A stretch of 19,679 bases of DNA from Phycisphaerales bacterium (GTDB lineage: Bacteria > Planctomycetota > Phycisphaerae > UBA1845 > Fen-1342), in the NCBI GenBank assembly GCA_030628805.1, contig DAOVQG010000044.1, positions 1-19,679 of the forward strand, read 5' to 3'. Numbering within the stretch: the stretch's first letter is position 1; every line of letters starts with the position of its first letter. Positions 8,128 through 13,677 of this stretch are shown here, one piece after another. The position numbers were made by a program, and so were the translations under genes. A model generated the notes under the pieces. That model ran no database searches, had not been told where the DNA came from, and was given only the letters and a program-made list of their open reading frames with translations.

Positions 8128-9039
8128 TCACAGTCCCGCGGAACCTGCGTCCTCGATTTCATTCGTGTCCCCGGCGGCAACCCGGGCGTGCCTCGATCTC
8201 CGCAGAATCAGACTGCCGACGCGGCAGCCCAGATCTCTGGCGATCACGGGGCATTTTGCCTTGAGCACAAAGAAGATGTCCTTCTCCACCTCGTTGAGCG
8301 TCTCATAGTTGCCCTGACCTTTCGCGACGATCATGTCTGCCGCGTCGAAACGGTGCCGGAACTCGCTGCTGCAATCGTCGAGAATCGTGCCCGGCGCATC
8401 CGAACCGTTGTCGATGACTTCGACCAGCCCGGGAATCCCCGCGGCCTGCGTGTCGGCGATCGTCACATCATTGATCACCGGAAAGCCCCGCACGGCCACG
8501 GTCACCTTCTCGACCGGCATCTGTTCGAGCAACAGCCGGTCGAACACGATCTCCCCGGCGTTGTCGGCCAAATAGAGAATTCTTCGCGCCCCGGACAGCG
8601 TCTCGGCAAAGGCACGCATGTCGCCGTCCAGCGGTGCCGACGAAGCATCTTCAATCGCCTCGTGCAAGGCAGGTTCGTCAAAGTGGGCCTTGACGCCCAT
8701 GTCAATGACATTGCCGGCGATCGCCAGCCGCAGAGCTGTCTCCAACGGACGGGATGAGGCGTGCACCCGAGCGCGCAGCTTCGGATAGAGCTCCAGCGCC
8801 ACCCGAGTGGAGTGATCCTTCAGCTCACGATACGGATCACTTTGACCCGTCAGGCGGCGAATCAGACGATGGATGCGTTGGCCCATCGCCGGCGGTGATT
8901 GCCACAGGTCCATTTCACTAGCGGCTCGCAGGATCTCTCGCAGCAGCCGCTCGTGAACCTCCTCGTCGTCGGTCACCAAGCGCACGGAATCAAGCGCCTG
9001 TCGGACGAAGCAGGGCACGCACTCAAGGTAGGTTTGCAT
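8128..9039 (-). CDS. DUF89 / ARMT1-like family protein (damage-control phosphatase-type fold).
   Basis: The N-terminus MQTYLECVPCFVRQALD and the internal KGQGNYE and GFPVINDVT regions match my memory of DUF89 signatures. The ATG is at 9039. Confidence 0.7.
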   Translation of the reverse strand: MQTYLECVPCFVRQALDSVRLVTDDEEVHERLLREILRAASEMDLWQSPPAMGQRIHRLIRRLTGQSDPYRELKDHSTRVALELYPKLRARVHASSRPLETALRLAIAGNVIDMGVKAHFDEPALHEAIEDASSAPLDGDMRAFAETLSGARRILYLADNAGEIVFDRLLLEQMPVEKVTVAVRGFPVINDVTIADTQAAGIPGLVEVIDNGSDAPGTILDDCSSEFRHRFDAADMIVAKGQGNYETLNEVEKDIFFVLKAKCPVIARDLGCRVGSLILRRSRHARVAAGDTNEIEDAGSAGL

Positions 9040-9505
9040 TGCTCGTGGCCGATCCTCTTAACCTGATGGCCCCGCGGGGGCACGCTTCCACACAGGCCCC
9101 GCAACCGCGGCAGGCCTCCGCGTTCACCGTGACGGCCGTCTCGCCCAGGGTGATCGCCTCGGTCGGACAGACCGTCTGGCAAACCCCACACAGGGTGCAC
9201 GCTGCTTCGTCGACACTCGCGACCAGCGGTGCATGAGCGGCGCGCCGTGCGGCCTCGCGCAACCTTACTGCGTCCAGGTGCTCCATGGCAAGGGTCTGGT
9301 CCTTCAAAGGGCTGAGCATCCGCGGTTTGGCCGGCGCGGCGCCTCTCGGAAGGTTCGGGGGCTGCGCTGTCCGATCACTCCTGCCGCCTTGGAGCGCGCG
9401 CCGCATGCGTCCGCCCCGGCCACGCCCGCGTCCCATTCCGCGGCCATCGCGACGACCACGACCACCAGCACCCGGCGGCCCCGTTCCGTCACCGCGCGGC
9501 ATCAT
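9023..9505 (-). CDS. Fusion of the DUF5320-like N-terminal motif and an RG-rich region with a C-terminal 2x[4Fe-4S] ferredoxin domain.
   Basis: The N-terminus is M(M)PRGDGTGPPGAGGRGRRDGRGMGRGRGRGG. The C-terminus has CTLCGVCQTVCP and CRGCGACVEACP. The ATG at 9505 overlaps the TGA of the upstream DUF5320 gene as TGATG. Its 3' end overlaps the DUF89 start by 17 nt. Confidence 0.75.
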   Translation of the reverse strand: MMPRGDGTGPPGAGGRGRRDGRGMGRGRGRGGRMRRALQGGRSDRTAQPPNLPRGAAPAKPRMLSPLKDQTLAMEHLDAVRLREAARRAAHAPLVASVDEAACTLCGVCQTVCPTEAITLGETAVTVNAEACRGCGACVEACPRGAIRLRGSATSNANLP

Positions 9506-9864
9506 CAACCCTCTTTTTCCTTGGCCGCCTCGAGTTCCGCGATCCGTTTCCTGATCTCACCGAGCGTGCCTTCAAAATGCTCCGCCTGAGCTCTCAGTGC
9601 TTGAACTTCCTGCTCGGCCATCACTGGCGGATAGTACGCCGCGGCCCCGTAAGCGGGCTGTGCGCCGACAACTCCCATCGGATAGTACCCATGGCGCCAT
9701 CCGCGGCCCCAGCCGCGCCCGCGGCCCCAGCCGCGGCCCATGCCCCAACCGCGCCCCGGCATCTGGTTCGTGTAACCGGGCATTGAAAACCCGGCGCAGT
9801 AACCTGCCGCTCGTCCCGTCATTGAGCCCAGTCCGGCAGGGCCCGTTCCATCTCCACCTGGCAT
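9505..9864 (-). CDS. DUF5320-family small protein with a conserved N-motif, an RGW repeat and a C-terminal coiled coil.
   Basis: The N-terminus is MPGGDGTGPAGLGSMTGRAAGYCAGF. The repeat is GRGWGMGRGWGRGRGWGRGW. The C-terminus is EQEVQALRAQAEHFEGTLGEIRKRIAELEAAKEKEG. AAGGAG lies 8 nt upstream of the ATG at 9864. Confidence 0.75.
   Translation of the reverse strand: MPGGDGTGPAGLGSMTGRAAGYCAGFSMPGYTNQMPGRGWGMGRGWGRGRGWGRGWRHGYYPMGVVGAQPAYGAAAYYPPVMAEQEVQALRAQAEHFEGTLGEIRKRIAELEAAKEKEG
9688..9756 (-). repeat. In-frame tandem codon repeat encoding GRGWG units.
   Basis: cgcggccccagccgcg-type 12-15 nt units are visible at 9690-9760. Confidence 0.7.
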
Positions 9865-9904
9865 GATGTTGCTCCTTTTTCAAAATGCCCTGGAATCCGT
9901 CAAC

Positions 9905-10090
9905 TTAGCTGCCCCTTCCACGTCCTGCATCGCTGCCTTGCCTCTGGCCACGACCGCTGCCGCGACCCCGTCTGGGCCGTTGGCCTTGTCCGCCGCCACC
10001 GCTCCCTTTTTTTCCGCCCTTGCAAGGCCCCAGACCTCTGCCGGTCCCGGAACCTTGTCCTTGCGGCCCAGTTCCATCGCCTGCCGGCAT
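9905..10090 (-). CDS. Short (61 aa) DUF5320-like protein with the N-motif followed by a Gly/Arg-rich tail.
   Basis: MPAGDGTGPQGQGSGTGRGLGPCKGG...RGRGSGRGQRQGS. A perfect AAGGAGGTGA Shine-Dalgarno lies 8 nt upstream of the ATG at 10090. The ORF-track N-terminus at 10186 runs through the RBS and the stop of the upstream gene, so I consider it spurious. Confidence 0.55.
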   Translation of the reverse strand: MPAGDGTGPQGQGSGTGRGLGPCKGGKKGSGGGGQGQRPRRGRGSGRGQRQGSDAGRGRGS

Positions 10091-10095
10091 TGTGA

Positions 10096-10509
10096 TCACC
10101 TCCTTTCGTGCTTGTCTGAAGACGAAAAGCGTTGCAGGTCGAGCGCCTGCATCCAATGTCCTTCTACAGTCGGCTCTCTGATACATTCAAGCTCCCCGCG
10201 CTTGAACTGCTCCACGGCCTGCCCCACGTGCCCAGTGGCCCCGACGTAGACCTCGACATCGCCGGCTTTCAGTCTGGCCAAGGCTTTGGGGCCGACCTTC
10301 CCGGTAATCACGGCATGCACGCCCAGTTTGAGGATGGCCTCGGCTGCCTTGATTCCTGCGTACCCGAGAATATTGAGATTCCCCTTGTTGTCGTGAACCG
10401 TAGACCGATCGGTCTCGGTATCAACCACCACGAAGAACCTGGCCCGCCCGAACCGCGGATCAAGCTCGGCCCCCAGATTCGATCCTCTTGATGTGACCGC
10501 TACCTTCAT
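10096..10509 (-). CDS. NifX/NifB-C-term-like (dinitrogenase FeMo-cofactor-binding fold) domain protein.
   Basis: MKVAVTSRGSNLGAELDPRFGRARFFVVVD...HAVITGKVGPKALARLKAGDVEVY. GGAGG lies 9 nt upstream of the ATG at 10509. That ATG overlaps the upstream TGA as ATGA. The ORF-track start at 10665 is implausible. Confidence 0.8.
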   Translation of the reverse strand: MKVAVTSRGSNLGAELDPRFGRARFFVVVDTETDRSTVHDNKGNLNILGYAGIKAAEAILKLGVHAVITGKVGPKALARLKAGDVEVYVGATGHVGQAVEQFKRGELECIREPTVEGHWMQALDLQRFSSSDKHERR

Positions 10510-10916
10510 GCCATCCCCCTCCAACGGCCCGCTCCTGGCCGGCCGCCGTGACGCCGACCTCCCCGAAACCGTCGGCGCCGACCGCAGCAGCCCGGCATCA
10601 AGAATGCCTCGTCCGGCAATTGCCCCGCGAGGAAGGCCCGTAGAACGTCCTCCACCGGCCCGCAAATTTGCGGTATGAGCCGTATTCCCGCGGAGGTCAA
10701 CATCGCCTCAAGCGGCCACGAGATCGCGCCGCAGATAAGCACGTGCACGCCGAGCGCCGTCACCCGGCTCGCCCTAGCCGCAAGCCGCGTTTCTTCGAGA
10801 TCCACCTCACTCCGGCCGATCTCGGCGTCACGCTCGACGTCTACCACCAGCAAACGCCTGGCGACGTCGAAGACCGGAGAAATCCGGCCGTCCCATGTTG
10901 GAAGCGCTACTCTCAT
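10506..10916 (-). CDS. NifX-like domain protein. It is the first gene of the array after the regulator.
   Basis: MRVALPTWDGRISPVFDVARRLLVVD...VLICGAIS...GIRLIPQICGPVEDV. The start is either the ATG at 10916 or a TTG at 10934. There is a basic Cys-Cys tail (MPGCCGRRRRFRGG). Confidence 0.7.
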   Translation of the reverse strand: MRVALPTWDGRISPVFDVARRLLVVDVERDAEIGRSEVDLEETRLAARASRVTALGVHVLICGAISWPLEAMLTSAGIRLIPQICGPVEDVLRAFLAGQLPDEAFLMPGCCGRRRRFRGGRRHGGRPGAGRWRGMA

Positions 10917-10970
10917 CACTGAGGACTCGTGCAAGACGCGCGCCGCCCCAGACGATCAGCCTCGATTCCT

Positions 10971-10987
10971 GGCGAAGTGTAGGCCAA
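10971..10987 (-). promoter_or_regulatory. Candidate sigma-54 (-24/-12) promoter for the array.
   Basis: The minus-strand sequence is TTGGCCTACACTTCGCC. The GG and GC dinucleotides have the correct 10-nt spacing (TGGC-N8-TCGC against consensus TGGCAC-N5-TTGC, 3 mismatches). It lies 35-55 nt upstream of the first start codon and directly downstream of a sigma-54 activator gene. Confidence 0.3.
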
Positions 10988-11035
10988 GCAAGCACTTACG
11001 CTCGCTCGCCCCGGCCTGACAATGAGCATCAGGCA

Positions 11036-11081
11036 TTGCATAATGCAAGCACCGCTGGCCGCCGGTCTTGCACACTGCAAT
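11036..11081 (-). promoter_or_regulatory. Cluster of TGCA-centred palindromes that are candidate upstream activator (enhancer) sites.
   Basis: TTGCAT-A-ATGCAA is a perfect 6+1+6 palindrome at 11036-11048. TGCAAG-N17-CTTGCA is an inverted repeat at 11044-11072. A further CTGCAA lies at 11075-11080. The sites sit 50-110 bp upstream of the putative -24 element, between the regulator's stop and the array. Confidence 0.3.
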
Positions 11082-11082
11082 A

Positions 11083-12450
11083 CTATTCCTTCTTCCGGCT
11101 CCCGTGCCCCGTATCCGGCAGTGCGATCCCCATGGACTTGATCTTGCGGAACAGAGTGCTGGGGTCAATGCCCAGCTCGCGGGCAGCGGCCGTACGGTTG
11201 CCGCCGTGCCGGCGGACTGCATCCGTGATGTGCATGGCCTCAAGGGCTTGCAGCGTGAGAGCGCCCTGGCCTCGCGGAGGCTTGAGGTCGGTGTCGCCAC
11301 GCATTGCTGGCGGCAGATGATGTGGTTCTATCAGGGCGCCTCGGCAAAGCACGAACGCGTGCTCGATGACGTTCTCGAGCTCGCGCACGTTGCCCGGATA
11401 GTCGTGTTCCATCAGCAGCGCCAGCGTCTCTTCCGAGATGCCGGCCACGTCTTTGTCCTGGAGGCGATTGAACTTACTGATGAAACGCTCCACCAGCAGC
11501 GGGATGTCCTCCCGGCGATCGCGCAACTCCGGCAGCTTCAGCCGGATCACGTTGATGCGATAAAACAGATCCTGCCTGAAAACGCCCTTCTTCACCAACC
11601 GGTTCAGGTCCTGGTTGGTGGCGGCGACCACGCGCACATCCACCTTCACCGGCTCGACGGACCCGAGTGGCTCGAACACTCTTTCCTGGAGGACGCGGAG
11701 CAACCGGGCCTGCATGGCGGGCGAGATATCACCGATTTCGTCGAGCAGGATCGTTCCGCCGTCCGCGCTTGCCAATCGTCCCGGCTTGTCGTGCCGGGCG
11801 TCGGTAAACGCGCCGGCCTTGTAGCCGAACAGCTCCGATTCCAACAGGGTGTCCGGCAGCGCGCCGCAATTGACCGCAACGAAACGCTTGTCACGGCGCG
11901 GCGAGAGGCTGTGCAACGCCCGGGCGACCAGCTCCTTGCCGGTACCGCTGGCGCCCTCGATGAGCACGGTTGTGTTGCTCTCGGCGATTTGCGGGAGCAG
12001 GTCGAAAAGCTGCCGCATCGCCGAACTGCGGCCGACGATGTCCGCGAACGTGTATTTCGCCTCCAACTCCTTGCGCAGCTCCTCCACCAGGCTGAGGTCC
12101 CGGAAGGTTTCCACACCACCGATCGTATCGCCAGCGGCGTTCTTCAGGGCTGCCGCCGAGATGCTGATAGGAATGCGCCGGCCATCGGCGTCGAGAATGT
12201 AGATGGCCTTATTCACGATCGACCGCCCGGAGCGGAGCGTCTCCTTCAGGGCACACTCGTTCTCGCAGATGCTCGCCCGGAACACGTCGCAGCACCGCCG
12301 CCCGATGGCTTCCGCACGTGGCACGCCCGTGATTTGCTCGGCCGCCCGGTTGAACGACGTGATCCGCCAATCCTCATCGACGGTGAAAACGCCGTCGGCG
12401 ATGGAGTCGAGGATAGTGTCCGTCACACGCTTCTCGGATGATGCGGTCAT
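11083..12450 (-). CDS. Sigma-54-dependent transcriptional activator (bacterial enhancer-binding protein) with PAS, AAA+ sigma-54-interaction and Fis-type HTH domains. It has no receiver domain.
   Basis: The N-terminal PAS domain has a CC-x7-C-x3-C cluster (RRCCDVFRASICENEC). The central domain has Walker A GASGTGKE, a GAFTDA variant of the GAFTGA loop, and RVVAATN. The C-terminal HTH is AARELGIDPSTLFRKIK. Confidence 0.9.
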   Translation of the reverse strand: MTASSEKRVTDTILDSIADGVFTVDEDWRITSFNRAAEQITGVPRAEAIGRRCCDVFRASICENECALKETLRSGRSIVNKAIYILDADGRRIPISISAAALKNAAGDTIGGVETFRDLSLVEELRKELEAKYTFADIVGRSSAMRQLFDLLPQIAESNTTVLIEGASGTGKELVARALHSLSPRRDKRFVAVNCGALPDTLLESELFGYKAGAFTDARHDKPGRLASADGGTILLDEIGDISPAMQARLLRVLQERVFEPLGSVEPVKVDVRVVAATNQDLNRLVKKGVFRQDLFYRINVIRLKLPELRDRREDIPLLVERFISKFNRLQDKDVAGISEETLALLMEHDYPGNVRELENVIEHAFVLCRGALIEPHHLPPAMRGDTDLKPPRGQGALTLQALEAMHITDAVRRHGGNRTAAARELGIDPSTLFRKIKSMGIALPDTGHGSRKKE

Positions 12451-12662
12451 GGCAGCTTCATCTGTTTCGCTTGAACAACCGCCACTATGCTAGTCTACGT
12501 GTCTGCCGCGAGGAAGCGCTCGTGCTGAAGCGCCTTCGTCTGCGTTCCCTCTTATAATTTTCCTCGCTACCAATAATTGTCCCGCTTGCGAGTGTGAGGT
12601 ACTATGCACCTGGAAGAAATCGGCGTGTCGGTGTGAATACCCTGTGCGTTGGCTCGCTTTAA

Positions 12663-12692
12663 TTGACACGGCCGCTTCGCCGGCGATATGCT
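12663..12692 (+). promoter_or_regulatory. Candidate sigma-70 promoter for the NfeD/flotillin operon.
   Basis: TTGACA at 12663-12668, then 17-18 nt, then ATATGC/TATGCT. It lies about 35 nt upstream of the GAGGGAA RBS and the ATG at 12728. Confidence 0.3.
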
Positions 12693-12727
12693 GGCCACGC
12701 TCACGCCGTGCCGAGTGAGGGAACATC

Positions 12728-13591
12728 ATGTGGACGGAACTTCTGGCCAGTTCGGCGGGCGATCTCCTGATGGGAGCGAACCTCCCGTTCGTGGCGTCGT
12801 TCTTGCTGGCGGTGCTGTTCACTCTGCTGAGCGTGTTGGGCCTGGGTCATTCCGACGCGGACGCCGACGTCGACGCTGATGCGGATCTGGATCATGACAT
12901 CGACCTCGATCACGATGTGGACGTGGACCTCGAGCACGACTTGGACCTGGAGGTCGATCACGATGTCGATCTCGAGGTTGACCATGACATTGATATGGAC
13001 GCCGACCACGATCTGGACGTGGACCATGACGTGGAGACCGAAATCGCGCACGATCATGATGTGGAACATGACGCCGAGGTCCACGCGGGGCACGAAGCCG
13101 GCGTTGACACGGTCTCGGCGATAACGCTTAACGACGTGCTGTACTTCTTCGGCATCGGGAAGGTTCCGCTATCGATCCTGCTGATGACGGCTTGTTACAC
13201 CTTCGGGCTGGTCGGCTGGCTGCTGAATACCAGCGCGGCTCGTCCGGGCGGCGAGGTGGGGGCGTGGTTTACGGTTAGTCTGCTGGGTGCCTTGACGGCT
13301 AGTCTGGTGATGATGCGCTTGGTCAGCAGTGTCATCGCCCGCTACCTGCCGACCAAGGGTGTTTCCGGCTTCACTCGCCGACAACTTGTCGGAATGCGGG
13401 GCGTGGTCGGTCTGCCGGTGGATGAGCAGGGCGGCCGGGCTCAGTTCACCGATCCCGAGGGAACGCTGCACCAGATCCGCTGTCGAGTCGTGCCCGGCGG
13501 TAAGCCGTTGCCGAAGGGCGCGAAGATCATAGTGGTTAAGTATTTGCTCAAGGATGACCTGTACTACGTTGCCGCCGACCGGCGCCGTTAA
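12728..13591 (+). CDS. NfeD-family membrane protein (C-terminal OB-fold) carrying an 81-residue alternating acidic repeat insert.
   Basis: There is an N-terminal TM helix, then the (D/E-X)n repeat at residues 43-123, then two more hydrophobic helices. The C-terminal domain GMRGVVGLPVDEQGGRAQFTDPEGTLHQIRCRVVPGGKPLPKGAKIIVVKYL is typical of NfeD short forms. A flotillin gene lies immediately downstream. GAGGGAA lies 7 nt upstream of the ATG. Confidence 0.8.
   Translation: MWTELLASSAGDLLMGANLPFVASFLLAVLFTLLSVLGLGHSDADADVDADADLDHDIDLDHDVDVDLEHDLDLEVDHDVDLEVDHDIDMDADHDLDVDHDVETEIAHDHDVEHDAEVHAGHEAGVDTVSAITLNDVLYFFGIGKVPLSILLMTACYTFGLVGWLLNTSAARPGGEVGAWFTVSLLGALTASLVMMRLVSSVIARYLPTKGVSGFTRRQLVGMRGVVGLPVDEQGGRAQFTDPEGTLHQIRCRVVPGGKPLPKGAKIIVVKYLLKDDLYYVAADRRR
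12854..13096 (+). repeat. In-frame GAC/GAT-N3 codon repeat encoding a strictly alternating (Asp/Glu)-(aliphatic/His) 81-residue tract.
   Basis: The peptide is DADADVDADADLDHDIDLDHDVDVDLEHDLDLEVDHDVDLEVDHDIDMDADHDLDVDHDVETEIAHDHDVEHDAEVHAGHE. 37 of 41 odd positions are Asp or Glu. Confidence 0.85.
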
Positions 13592-13677
13592 CGCTCACGG
13601 CCGGCGCGGCTGAGCGTGCGTCTCGCAATACGCTGCTGCCGAGGCGGCGGCGACAATACAAGAAAGGGGTACTAGTA

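Noticed and set aside
2228-10934. Labelling the array as a nitrogen-fixation (nif) cluster.
   Set aside because: Only NifX/NifB-C-terminal-like carrier domains are present. No nifH, nifDK, nifEN or canonical nifB is in the window.
11036-11082. TGCAAG...CTTGCA hairpin read as an intrinsic terminator of the regulator gene.
   Set aside because: No U-tract follows on the transcribed strand. Its position and the multiple TGCA half-sites fit enhancer sites better. I kept this as an alternative.
12604-12636. 10-codon sORF (MHLEEIGVSV) with a GAGGT RBS in the divergent intergenic region.
   Set aside because: It is too short to support from sequence alone. It could be a leader peptide, but there is no conserved attenuator structure that I can see.
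7544-13096. Short tandem nucleotide repeats considered as a CRISPR or minisatellite array.
   Set aside because: All are in-frame codon repeats inside CDSs (GMGRG, GRGWG, D-X). None has a spacer or repeat structure.
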